NCBI GenBank assembly: GCA_964019335.1
Contig: OZ025697.1
Location: 434,001-498,000 of the forward strand
From: Diplonema japonicum
Lineage: Eukaryota > Protista > Euglenozoa: Diplonemea
DNA length: 64,000 nucleotides
Direction of reading: 5' to 3'
Position 1 is the first letter of the stretch, and each line of letters starts with the position of its first letter. Below the pieces are notes generated by a model, which saw only the letters and a list, made by a program, of their open reading frames with translations, was not told where the DNA came from and searched no databases. The translations under genes were made by a program, and so were the position numbers. Shown here piece after piece: positions 1-10,098 of this stretch.

Positions 1-886
1 CGTCGATAGAAAGCACGCTGGCATGATGTCATGCCACGTTGTGGTGTAAAGGATGCTCGCGTGCTGGTGGAACTGGGTGTCCCCACGGGATGCGCGTCCT
101 TGGCATGCGGCCTCGCTTCTTTGGGGCATCCATGATCTCCGGGAGAGATTGCGATAAGTAGAAGTCAGCACGCTTGTTTGTTTCGCTGTGGAAACACAGA
201 TTTCCCAGAATAGTCAAAAAGCGGTCTCTTGACATGACGGTGGCGTACCCAGGGGTGTAGTTGAGAGACGTGGAGCCAGTGTGCCAGTAATCAGAATAAT
301 CTGGCTTGATATCCAAGTCCATCGACAAAAGGACACCTAGGAAGGTATGCAGAGAAGCAGCATTGAGATCCAGGGAGACACCTTTTTTAGCCGCATTTGC
401 CACATTGTTCGAAGTTATGACCCGAATAACGTTTGGGACGAGCATTTGGAGAATATATGGTATGGCATTGAGCCTTTGATGTCAAAACAGGGTCCACAAG
501 GATTTCGATCTTCACGAAACCGGATGCCTTCCAACTGCTCCGGCTTTGCCGTCCAATCACCCTGCTGTGACTCGGAATCGGTCGAATTCGTATCAGAATC
601 ACTGTTTGTATCAAAATTGCATAATAGGGATGAGCCATCAGTCCTCTTCCAGCCTCTTTCCGGGCGCCTTTTTTTGAAGTGATTTTTAAGGGTAAATTTG
701 GGCTGGCGTTTTTTTTCATTTTTTCATTTTCTTGTTAAGTTAGGGCAGCATTTAGTTTATTTTTTTTCATATTTTCCGCGCAGGACCCCGCCGGCAAGAA
801 AGGGCCGGGCCGTATTGCATTGAAAGCCCTTTGCGTAAAAGATTTTTTTTCAAATCGTCTATATATAGACGCTCGTTGATAGATGG
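1..886 (-). mobile_element. piggyBac-superfamily DNA transposon, one end (defective, runs off the window start)
   Basis: Minus strand reads TTAA (887-890) then CCATCTATC..., with a perfect subterminal palindrome CGTCTATATATAGACG (856-871). A transposase-like reading frame lies downstream. Confidence 0.7.
29..668 (-). pseudogene. piggyBac transposase remnant (frameshifted, catalytic core apparently deleted)
   Basis: Acidic N-terminus SDSDTNSTDSESQQGDW...GP...PYHIFS in one frame, a frameshift near 447, then FLGVLLSM..P.YSDYW...MSRDRFLTILGNLCF, typical of the piggyBac/PGBD N-terminal region. No DDD core follows. Confidence 0.75.
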
Positions 887-1108
887 TTAAATGATTCAGA
901 AGGTGCCGATTGAGAACTTTAAGAAGAAGAAAAAGACGTTCTTTGTGATTTTTTTTCTTTTTTTTTATAAAAGTCTTTTGTTGTTCGCACGAGCAAAAAA
1001 GATTTAAATATTTTTTTTAAAACAGCACATGCGAAAGTTAACAAAAGCAGATTTTTTTTTTTCCTTTCATTTTTAGAGAAATAATTTTGTAACAAGAAAA
1101 GAGAGAGG

Positions 1109-1169
<61 letters not shown>

Positions 1170-1443
1170 ATGTCTCTAAATATTGGGAGACCAACATAAA
1201 AATTTGAGATGTTTTTTTTTTTTTCTTTTTTTTTTTTTTCATTCTTCTAGAAATGCTGACGAAAGGGGGCTTAGGTCACTGTTGTAGGGGGGGGGAATAG
1301 GAAGAAAGAAATCAAGAACAGGAAAAGAAAAAGCGAAACATGTCTTGTCAACTACAATGTCTAACCTTTTCTTTTCTTTTTTTTTCCTTTTTTTTCAAAG
1401 CACTGCTCAAGACTTTTATAAAAGTAGTTATTTTTGTTGCGTT

Positions 1444-1475
<32 letters not shown>

Positions 1476-2281
1476 AAAAAAAAAAATAGCATTACGCTAG
1501 AAACGTAACCATTTTTCGTTTTTTTTTCTCTTTTTTTTTCCCCCCCTTTATCTCCGCGTTCCTTATATCCATGTACGAGTCTCGTTATTCACTCCACACA
1601 CTAAACTTGTTAGAAAAAAAATCACAATTAAATAGAATATTAAGGAATTGCGGAGAAAAAAAAAGGGGGGGGGGAAGGGGAAAAAAACTGGATATTGGGA
1701 GGCACAGACGGGACTTTCAGGGCGGCTTTTTTTTCTACCAACTTCATTATCGCAAGTCCTTGCGCTTTCTCTCACCTGGTGTTTCCGGCCGTTCCCCTCT
1801 CCAAGAAAAAAAAAAAAGTTGTCTGCAATTTAAAGCAGTATCGGGGTTTAAAGATAGAGAAAAAGAAAGAAAAAAACTAGTTTGGCGCTTCACTTGTTGT
1901 GCGCACGAGCGAGATTTTACCTAATAAAATAGCTCATCACGCTGCCAACAACTAGTTTTTAGTCTCGACAACAACATTGTTAAAAAAAATAAAAATAAGA
2001 ATAATAAAAAAAAAAAAACTGACTTTGGTTGTAATAGGTGGGATTGCATATGGTACACAACCGGCTCACCCTTTTTTAAGACATGCCCCCTAGCTGTAGA
2101 ACGTAGGAGTGGAGTGGAAAGAAAAAAAAAACGGGGGGAAAAAAAAAAAGAAGGGAAGAATGGAAAAGAGGGTATCTTTTCACAAGTTTGTTTTCTTCCT
2201 GTTCTTTCTTTTTTTACATTTTCTCCCCCTTCCCCCCCCCCCCCCCACTCCTTATAATTTTTCTTCTTTTTTTTATTTATT

Positions 2282-2319
<38 letters not shown>

Positions 2320-2401
2320 GTTTTTCGAATCGTAACACTGTGTGAGGGGGAAGAAAAAGCGAAAAAGGGAGGGCGGGGAATTTTTTTTTTTAATTAGAAT
2401 T

Positions 2402-5400
2402 CTAGATTTTTGCGAATGTCCTTCCGCCGAAGAATTGTGACGAAGAAGATCTCTTTGCTGGTGGGAGGGACAAGGTGCGCTTTGGGAAGTGCGCCGAGTG
2501 GGCCAGCGTGCTAACGTTCAAAGGTGAAATGTACGATGACTTTGACCCCACAGAGCTCATCGTGGCTGCTTCCTCTACTTCTATTGTCTTCAGCTCCCTT
2601 TCAAGCTCAGGAGGTGACCAGAAGCTATTCTGAAGCCTGACCCTCCTTCCCGTGAACAGAACATAGCCATCTGACGCCAGATCAAGAACACCCTTCATCA
2701 GGAGTACGTACAATGAAGCTGAAAACAGTTCTTTTGAAAGCTTGAACCCGTTGTGGTCCAAGTCTTCATTGAAGAACCCCACCGCTTGGCAAGTAACGGC
2801 GATCCCCGTGATGCCATTGAAAACAAGATAGAACACACCGTCCTTATTCTTGGCGTAAGGCTTTCTCACCAGCTCGCCAGCAAGAAGAAAGAAGAATACC
2901 AACCCCAGCAACAGCTTCACCACACCGCACTCCTTCATCGTCTCTGTCTCCGGCACATTCAGTGCTCCCACAACAAACAAGCTCGCGAAGCTGAACACGC
3001 AGTACCATGCCGTCTCCTCTCTAAAGGGCTTGACCACGCTTGTGTACCTGTTGTACCACAAGTCTTCCTTCTGTACAGAGATCCACTCCCCTTTCCCCAG
3101 CATGAATATCTTTGGGATGCTGTCCTCCGTCACCTCGTCATGCATATATGCTGCCTTGCTAGGGACAGACCTCTTGATCTCACGCCCCGTGTAAACAGGT
3201 ACCGCAACGACCAGCAACGTGATGGCGACGCCCGCCACGCATTGTAGGGGGTTGCCAGGGTACACCACTAGGTGCAGCGCTGCGAAGGAGGTGCCTTGGT
3301 ACAGCATCAAAAAGAAGAACAGAGCGACAGAAGGGAACCGTGTCAAGCCCTGCGCCGCAAGCAGCGTTCCAAAGGGAAGCAACTGTGGGGTGAAGCGTGC
3401 CAGAAACAGCACCACAAGGTAGGTTATGAGGGTAACCCCTGCGGTGATGCAGAGGTTCCCGAGGATTACCCCGAAGTAGATGTTCCCCGACACACGCCAC
3501 CCGGTGGGGTGGAGCACGAAGGGCAAGTTCTCTGTCTTCCGGCAGTCCGACGCAGACACCAGCGCTAGCATGCCCCCGCTGGCCACAGCCGCGTTTAGAG
3601 GCATCACAGCCATAGCCGCCATGTTCACTCCTTCGTCCACTTGTGCGAGCTGTGCCCCCAACACCGTCAGCGTGCAATTCGTAGTTGCAGCCGCCCCCAG
3701 CCCCTTCGCTGTCGCTGTGATTGTAACTGTCTCGTCCGCAACACCACCATACGCACCATGCCCCATCCACACATCTGTCGCGTTCAGCCCCGCTTGCCCT
3801 TCCCCACTTGTCACGAAGAAGTCCTTCTGCTGCACTGCCCAATGGAACCCCCGCTCCACACGCGAGGATGTCTCCACCTGGATCTCCACCTCGGGGCGCC
3901 GCCCCCCACTCACGAGAAAGCACGTCACCCGCAGCCGCTTGGCTCGAACAATAGTCCACTCCACCTTCCCAGGGCACTCCATCTCCAGCACTGGCACAAC
4001 CGGGGCAGCCGTCGCCGGGGGCACTGTCTTCGGGAACGGTGTCGAGGGCCCCACCGTGGGGACACCTGTCGGAGCAGCGGTAGTAGCAGGCGACAGAGTC
4101 GCAGGTGCTGAGGTATCTGGAGCAACCGTCGGTGCTTTGGTGGCAGGCACTGATGTGTCTGGAGAGTTGGTGGGAAGAGCCGTTGGACCAGCAGTGCTAC
4201 CAGGTGCTAAAGTAGCAGGTGCGAGGGTTGCAGGAGGATGAGTTGGAGAAGTGGTTGCAGGTGCGGCCGTAGCAGGAGTGTCGGTAGGAACAGATGTTGG
4301 AACGGCAGTTTTTCCTGGTGTCAAGGTGGCCGGGACTAGGGTGCTGGGTGCAACAGTCGGGGGCACCTGTGTTTCAGGAGCCTGGGTACTGGGCGATAGA
4401 GTGGCAGGAGAAGGTGTGCTGGGGGTCATTGTAGGAACAGCAGTCGGGGCGGAAGCCGACGGCGCAAATGTAACAGGTGCTTGGGTCGCGGGTTGCACTG
4501 TGTCGGGGGCTAGGGTATCTGGTGAGGGGGTAGCAGGAGCGGGTGTGTCTGGGGCATTGGTGGGAGCAGCTGTCGGAACAGCAGTCTTGCCTGGTGACAA
4601 AGTCGCTGGTGCTAAAGTATCAGGAGACGGAGTATCTGGTGAGGGGGTAGCAGGAGCAGGTGTGTCTGGGGCATTGGTGGGAACAGCTGTCGGAACAGCA
4701 GTCTTGCCTGGTGACAGAGTTGACGGAACCAAAGTATCAGGAGAAGAGGTAGCAGGAGAGGGGGTAGCAGGAGCGGGAGTATTTGGAGCATTGGTGGGAA
4801 CAGCTGTTGGGACAGCAGTCTTGCCTGGTGACAAAGTCGCTGGTGCTAAAGTATCAGGGGCTGGGGTTTGGGGTGATGAAGTGACAGGTGCCGGTGTGTC
4901 AGGAGATGGAGTATCTGGTGAGGGGGTAGCAGGAGCAGGTGTGTTGGGGGCGTTGGTGGGAACAGCTGTCGGAACGGCAGTCTTGCCTGGTGACAAAGTC
5001 GCTGGTGCTACGGTATCAGGAGACGGAGTATCTGGTGAGGGGGTAGCAGGAGCGGGTGTGTTTGGGGCATTGGTGGGCACAGCTGTTGGGACAGCAGTCT
5101 TGCCTGGTGACAAAGTCGCTGGTGCTAAAGTAGCAGGGGCTAGGGTTTGGGGTGATGGAGTGACAGGTGCCGGTGTGTCAGGAGATGGAGTATCAGGTGA
5201 GGAGGTAGCAGGAGCAGGTGTGTTGGGGGCGTTGGTGGGAACGGCTGTTGGAACAGCAGTCTTGCCGGGTGACAAGGTCAATGGTGCAGGGGTTACGGGT
5301 GCAGTTGTCGTGGGTGCTTGGGTGGCAGGTGCCAGCGTTTTAGGAACTGAGGTATCCGGAGAGGGGGTATCAGGTGAGGATGTGTCGGGGGCGTTAGTAG

Positions 5401-7414
5401 GAACAGCTGTTGGGACAGCAGTCTTGCCTGGTGACAAAGTCGCTGGTGCTAAGGTATCAGGGGCTGGGGTTTGGGGCGATGGGGTAGCAGGTGCCAGTGT
5501 GTCAGGCGACGGAGTATCTGGTGAGGGGGTAGCAGGAGCAGGTGTGTTGGGAGCGTCGGTAGGAGCAGCTGTCGGAACGGCAGTCTTGCCCGGTGATAAG
5601 GTCAGTGGTGCAGGGGTTACGGGTGCAGTAGTCGGAGGTGTTTGGGTGGCAGGTACTGATGTGTCAGGAGCTGCCGTAGGCTGTGCTGTTGGCACGACTG
5701 TACTTGGTGCAAGCGTGTTAGGAGCAGGTGTGGCTGGTGCCATAGTAGGGTTGGCAGTTGGAACCGCAGTGTCAGGTGAGGTTGTATCGGGGGCGGGCGT
5801 CAAGGGTGAGGATGTAACAGGTATAGTAGTACTTGGTGCAGTGGTATCAGGTGAAAGTGTGTTTGGTGCCGAGGTGTCCGGAGCGGGCGTGTCAGGCACA
5901 GGGGTATCAGGTGCTGAGGTGTCTGGAGCAGGGGTATCAGGTGAGGGTGTAACAGGTGAAGGTGTAATAGGTGCAGGTGTGTCCGGTGAGGGTGTCGCAG
6001 GCGATAGTGTGTCTGGAGCAGGGGTATCAGGTGAAGGCGAAATAGGTGCTGGGGTATCTGGAGAAGGCGTGTCAGGTGCAGGTGTGTCTGGTGCCGGGGT
6101 GTCTGGAGCGGTCGTAGGTGCAGGTGTAGCAGGTGCCGGGGTGTCCGGAGCAGTGGTGTCAGGTGCTGGGGTGTCTGGGGCGGTGGTATCAGGTGAAGGC
6201 GTGTCTGGAGCAGGGGTATCAGGTGCAGATGTGTCAGGTGCTGAGGTGTCTGGAGCGGTCGTAGGTGCAAGTGTATCAGGTGCCGGGGTATCCGGAGCAG
6301 TGGTGTCAGGTGCTGGGGTACTAGGTGCTGGGGTATCTGGAGCGGTGGTGTCAGGTGCTGGGGTGTCTGGGGCGGTAGTATCAGGTGCAGGTGTGTCAGG
6401 TGAGGGTGTATCTGGTGCTGGGGTATTAGGCGCTGGGGTATCTGGAGCAGCGGTATCAGGCACAGCTGTGTCAGGTGCTGGGGTGTCCGGAGCAGTGGTA
6501 TCAGGCGCAGATGTGTCAGGTGCTGAGGTGTCCGGAGTGGTCGTAGGTACTGCGGTATCAGGTGCTGGGGTGTCTGGAGCAGTGGTATCTGGAGCAGTGG
6601 TGTCAGGTGCTGGGGTGTCTGGGGCGGTGGTATCAGGTGATGGTGTGTCAGGTGAGGGTGTAGCAGGTGCTGCGGTATCAGGTGCTGGGGTATCTGGAGC
6701 GGTGGTATCAGGCGCGGGTGTGTCAGGTGCTGGGGTATCAGGTGCTGGGGTGTCAGGTGCTGGGGTATCAGGTGCTGGAGTGTCTGGAGCAGTGGTATCA
6801 GGCGCAGGTGTGTCAGGTGCCGGGGTGTCAGGCGCAGACGTAGGTACTGCAGTATCAGGAGAAGACGTAGGTACAGCAGAATCCGGAACGGGTGTAGGTA
6901 CCGCAGTCGTCTCCTGCAGGTCGTAGACAATTTCGAAAGTGAGGACACTCCACCGTATAGGGTCGCCGACGGTATTAGCATTGTTCTTTGTGGTAAGGAC
7001 AAGGTCTGTGGCAGAGTTGCAGGTGGTGGGAGAGTAAGATGCAGGGCAGAGCCCCGCGCAGGAGGTGCCTTGGCAAGCGTTGCTGTTGTCCTCACACAGG
7101 CAGGTGATTGGGTTGGGGTTGGGGGCGATAAATGCCTGGCCACTGGTGCAGGACTCGGTGGTGGGGCCGCAAAACTCGAGCGTCCACACCGCGTCAGATA
7201 TCTTATTACCGATGGGAAACCACATCCCAGTACTGTAGATATCCATTGTTACAGTTTTCACGGTGACAGAGATGAGCTGCACAGTGCCCTGAATGCTGCT
7301 TTTGATAGTGTTCGTGCACGTGGCATCTTTCTCTATATTTGTACAGGTTCCGGAATAGGTTATTTGAACCCCTTGCACACAGCAAGCACCAAGGAGAACA
7401 AGTAGCAGTCGCAT
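2402..7414 (-). CDS. Large surface membrane protein: signal peptide, Cys-rich N-domain, Thr/Pro mucin-like stalk, multi-TM C-terminal domain (1670 aa)
   Basis: Intact ORF. Hydrophobic N-terminus MRLLLVLLGACCVQG, (D/A)TPAP repeats, and a C-terminal LPF.LHPTGW.V.GN..FG motif followed by about 8-9 hydrophobic segments. Paralog of 10099-12585. Confidence 0.9.
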   Translation of the reverse strand: MRLLLVLLGACCVQGVQITYSGTCTNIEKDATCTNTIKSSIQGTVQLISVTVKTVTMDIYSTGMWFPIGNKISDAVWTLEFCGPTTESCTSGQAFIAPNPNPITCLCEDNSNACQGTSCAGLCPASYSPTTCNSATDLVLTTKNNANTVGDPIRWSVLTFEIVYDLQETTAVPTPVPDSAVPTSSPDTAVPTSAPDTPAPDTPAPDTTAPDTPAPDTPAPDTPAPDTPAPDTPAPDTTAPDTPAPDTAAPATPSPDTPSPDTTAPDTPAPDTTAPDTTAPDTPAPDTAVPTTTPDTSAPDTSAPDTTAPDTPAPDTAVPDTAAPDTPAPNTPAPDTPSPDTPAPDTTAPDTPAPDTTAPDTPAPSTPAPDTTAPDTPAPDTLAPTTAPDTSAPDTSAPDTPAPDTPSPDTTAPDTPAPDTTAPDTPAPATPAPTTAPDTPAPDTPAPDTPSPDTPAPISPSPDTPAPDTLSPATPSPDTPAPITPSPVTPSPDTPAPDTSAPDTPVPDTPAPDTSAPNTLSPDTTAPSTTIPVTSSPLTPAPDTTSPDTAVPTANPTMAPATPAPNTLAPSTVVPTAQPTAAPDTSVPATQTPPTTAPVTPAPLTLSPGKTAVPTAAPTDAPNTPAPATPSPDTPSPDTLAPATPSPQTPAPDTLAPATLSPGKTAVPTAVPTNAPDTSSPDTPSPDTSVPKTLAPATQAPTTTAPVTPAPLTLSPGKTAVPTAVPTNAPNTPAPATSSPDTPSPDTPAPVTPSPQTLAPATLAPATLSPGKTAVPTAVPTNAPNTPAPATPSPDTPSPDTVAPATLSPGKTAVPTAVPTNAPNTPAPATPSPDTPSPDTPAPVTSSPQTPAPDTLAPATLSPGKTAVPTAVPTNAPNTPAPATPSPATSSPDTLVPSTLSPGKTAVPTAVPTNAPDTPAPATPSPDTPSPDTLAPATLSPGKTAVPTAAPTNAPDTPAPATPSPDTLAPDTVQPATQAPVTFAPSASAPTAVPTMTPSTPSPATLSPSTQAPETQVPPTVAPSTLVPATLTPGKTAVPTSVPTDTPATAAPATTSPTHPPATLAPATLAPGSTAGPTALPTNSPDTSVPATKAPTVAPDTSAPATLSPATTAAPTGVPTVGPSTPFPKTVPPATAAPVVPVLEMECPGKVEWTIVRAKRLRVTCFLVSGGRRPEVEIQVETSSRVERGFHWAVQQKDFFVTSGEGQAGLNATDVWMGHGAYGGVADETVTITATAKGLGAAATTNCTLTVLGAQLAQVDEGVNMAAMAVMPLNAAVASGGMLALVSASDCRKTENLPFVLHPTGWRVSGNIYFGVILGNLCITAGVTLITYLVVLFLARFTPQLLPFGTLLAAQGLTRFPSVALFFFLMLYQGTSFAALHLVVYPGNPLQCVAGVAITLLVVAVPVYTGREIKRSVPSKAAYMHDEVTEDSIPKIFMLGKGEWISVQKEDLWYNRYTSVVKPFREETAWYCVFSFASLFVVGALNVPETETMKECGVVKLLLGLVFFFLLAGELVRKPYAKNKDGVFYLVFNGITGIAVTCQAVGFFNEDLDHNGFKLSKELFSASLYVLLMKGVLDLASDGYVLFTGRRVRLQNSFWSPPELERELKTIEVEEAATMSSVGSKSSYISPLNVSTLAHSAHFPKRTLSLPPAKRSSSSQFFGGRTFAKI
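4290..6905 (-). repeat. Coding tandem repeats: 15-nt DTPAP units plus 9 higher-order units containing TLSPGKTAVPT
   Basis: Visible directly in the DNA and protein. Confidence 0.95.
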
Positions 7415-7683
7415 CAGTCCTCTATTCTTTTTTTTTTTTTTTTCTTTTCTTTTTTTTTTCTTTTTTTGTTTCCCGGACTTTCTCTAGTTGCTCATTTTAT
7501 TTGCGCTTTCTTTTTGTGTTTCACCTGTTGTAGTTTTATTTAGGCTTTCTCAGGGGTAAAAGAAGTGGGCGGGGGGAGAGAAAGAAAGTTATCGTTCGCT
7601 AATTAGCGGGTTAAAGAAAAACTCAAATTAACATGCAAACCCCTAAAGCGCGAAGGCTGCATGCCCTAAAAAGGGAGGGGGTA

Positions 7684-7810
7684 TGGTCAGTACTAGGTAG
7701 CTCTCAGTTTCGATCTAATCTTGCGACTCCTCCAAGTGCTGATCTCTTCAGGCAAGTAGCACCCTTCATTGGCTCCCACTAGCGAGTATGGAGAGTACTA
7801 TTCCCGACCA
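7684..7810 (-). ncRNA. Putative type III hammerhead ribozyme (slightly degenerate), within a repeat spanning 7626-7810
   Basis: CUGAAGA (7751-7745), stem II GAUC/GAUC, GAAA (7711-7708), UC cleavage site (7785-7784), stem I GCUAGUGG/CUACUUGC, and a long stem III with an AGUA/GAA loop-E motif closed by UGGUCGG/CUGACCA. Confidence 0.65.
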
Positions 7811-8912
7811 AGAAAAATGAAAAAATAATAATAATGGAAAAAAAAAAAAAAAATACTGTGGCATCCGTTCACTTGTTCTCGGTGGTTCAAATTCTTTTTT
7901 GGTTTACAGTATTCTTCCACGATATGTTTGTTTTCTTCTTCTTCTTCTTCTTCTTCTTCTTCTTTTTTTTTTCTCGTTTCTTAATTCTTTCATTCTTGCG
8001 TGAAGGACCCTTTTAGAAATAAAGAAATTCGGTAGATTTTCAGGGGTGCGGGGGGGGGGTGTAAAAAGATTTAAGCTCTAGACTTCCCCCCCCCCCCCCC
8101 CCCGTGAATTGTTTCTTTTCTTCTTCTGCCCTGGTACGACAAAAGTTGGCGTTCGTTCTTTTTTTTTTTTGAGATATTTTTTCGGAATTTCTTCAGTTTC
8201 AGTAACAAAAAAAAAAAGAGGGGAAGGGGGCGACAGCCCTTCAAGAAAGAGCAAGGGATAAAAAACATAAGCTACCTTCCTTGACACCGAAGACACTATA
8301 CTCCAGCATTTTTTTTTTCTTTTTCCCCTTCTAGCTTTTGAAGTTTCACATTCAAACAGATTTATTTCTTTTTTTTTTAAACCCCTTCTTCAAAGTGGTG
8401 GGGGCTTAAAAGAACATACTTACTTACAAAAAAAAACACGAATTTTTTCAAAATACATGGCCGAAACTATTGGTTTAAAAAGGGAATATTTGTGGGATTG
8501 AATCCTGTTCAGTTTTTTTTGGGGGGGGGAAGGAAAAGTAGATTAAGAAAAGGGACACAAGGTGCTGCAACACGTGACACTGTGTCCGCGTGTAAAAAAA
8601 TTTCTTTTTCCCGTTTCTTTCCCGTTTTTTAAACTTTCTTTTTCTTTTTTTTTACTTATACCGATAAGATGGGACGAGGAAGGAGAAAAAAAGGGGGGGG
8701 TGGCGCAAAAAAAAGGCCAACGCCTTTGATTCCCGCCTCATCTCCGGTTTTTTTCTTCTTCTTCTTCTTCTCTTTTTTTTTTTTAAAATTCTTTTTTATT
8801 TCTTTCGTTCGTTTTTCTTTCTTGCTTCCCCTTTCGAAACACACGTAAAGGGAGGGAAAAAAAAATGAGCAAAAACAAGAAACCACTACAAAACACAGCA
8901 ATCCAATCAAGG

Positions 8913-8946
<34 letters not shown>

Positions 8947-8951
8947 AAAAA

Positions 8952-9670
8952 AAACTCGATAAAATTTCAGTGTGCATGGGGGTGCTCACTGTTCAGGTAG
9001 AAATTCACACTAATCGGTCACCGTTCTGCGGTTGCTGTCTGGTGCCTGCGGTGGCTGTTTGTCGCGATGAGATGGACGGCATCTGGGCGAGAAACATTGC
9101 TTGGAGTCGTGCTAGGTAGGGGGGGGTTTGGCTCGAGGAGAAGAGTGGTCTCCTGTCGTAGCCGTGTGCCGTCGGGCCCCCAAGATGTCGAAGGGTATGC
9201 ACCCTTGATTTGGCGTTGGCGGGGAAGGCTGACCTTCCACAGCGTGCTGAGCATTTCTGGATGCGACCCAAGATGTATCGCATCCTTGCGGCCTTCTCCG
9301 TGAGCAGGTCTTGATCGTCGAGGGGACCTATGAGTGACCGGCGGGTGGTCTGCTCATAGTCTATGGCGAGTTCCATTGTCGTGACGGAAGTTTTCTTCTT
9401 ACCATCGTACCATCGTAGGCCTCTTAGCCACTTGAGGACGTTCTTCAAATGAAAGGTCAGGACAGCGCCTGACGCCCCGTTCGCCTTCAGCAACGCTTCC
9501 GTCGGAACATCATGTTGCCTCCCTGTCGTTACCTCATCCCAAGGGTTGGAGGTGAGCACTCTCTTGCTTTTTTCCGCTGCTTTGGCGTCACGGACCGTCA
9601 CTACTTTCAGGAGGTATTGTTGCACCATCCTGGCACGTTCTTTCCCTGCTTTGTCGGCTCCTCTTGGGAC
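8952..9670 (-). mobile_element. Fragment of a probable non-LTR retrotransposon ORF C-terminus and 3' flank
   Basis: Open frame with WLRGLRW, ELAIDYE, TLRHLGG and GYDRRP motifs, reminiscent of C-terminal regions of protist LINE-like ORFs. No proper start. A degenerate second copy lies at 18821-19185 on the opposite strand. Confidence 0.55.
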
Positions 9671-9961
9671 TAAAAAAAAAAACAACACAAAAAAAAAAGG
9701 AAAAGAAAAGGGGGCCGTTGGCTATATGTGTCGGGTAGAAGAGAAACCTAGAGAAGTTTAATAGCCCACAAACACATTACCAACTTTCCCCCCTTTTGTT
9801 AAGACAAGCCAACAGACTCGTTCTTGCAAAGAGAGGTGGGGGAGATCCCCCCACCGGAGGTGGGGGGAGAGGAGAGGAGGGACGAGAGGGTAATATCTAT
9901 TTTCAAAAAAATGGCCAAAACGCCAACGACGGGCGTTGGCTAGAAAAAAAAAAAAAACTTT

Positions 9962-10083
9962 AATTAACACGCAAACTCCCTGAGACGAAAGCAGCATGCC
10001 CTAAAAAAGGGAGGGGGTATGGTCAGTACTAGGTAGCTCTCAGTTTCGGTCAAATCTCGCGATTCCTCCAGATGCCGACCTCA
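9962..10083 (-). repeat. Second, 5'-truncated copy of the hammerhead-containing repeat
   Basis: A 40-nt block at 10009-10048 is identical to 7673-7712. Stem II reads GGUC/GACC versus GAUC/GAUC in copy 1. Truncated inside the CUGANGA box by a poly-U tract. Confidence 0.85.
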
Positions 10084-10098
10084 AAAAAAAAAAAGTGT

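Noticed and set aside
1925-1955. Possible reversed 3' end of the HINE-like family (aaaatagct...ctgccaacaa)
   Set aside because: The match is too short and gapped to support.
919-2397. Numerous poly-Lys/poly-Phe ORFs in intergenic DNA (also 16.3-18, 21-24 and 33.7-37.5 kb)
   Set aside because: They are translations of homopolymer tracts, not genes.
4251-6926. 891-aa + strand ORF (GVSGA repeats), and the 447-aa alternative-frame ORF 5800-7143
   Set aside because: Shadow frames of the Pro/Thr repeat, which lacks stops for compositional reasons; no independent coding features.
7760-7810. Resemblance of AGTACTC...GGAGCCAA to the HDV-like ribozyme leader of ingi/L1Tc retroposons, or of AGUA/GAA to 5S rRNA
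   Set aside because: No P1/P2/P3 nested pseudoknot or 5S helices can be built. The same bases are better explained as hammerhead stem III and stem I.
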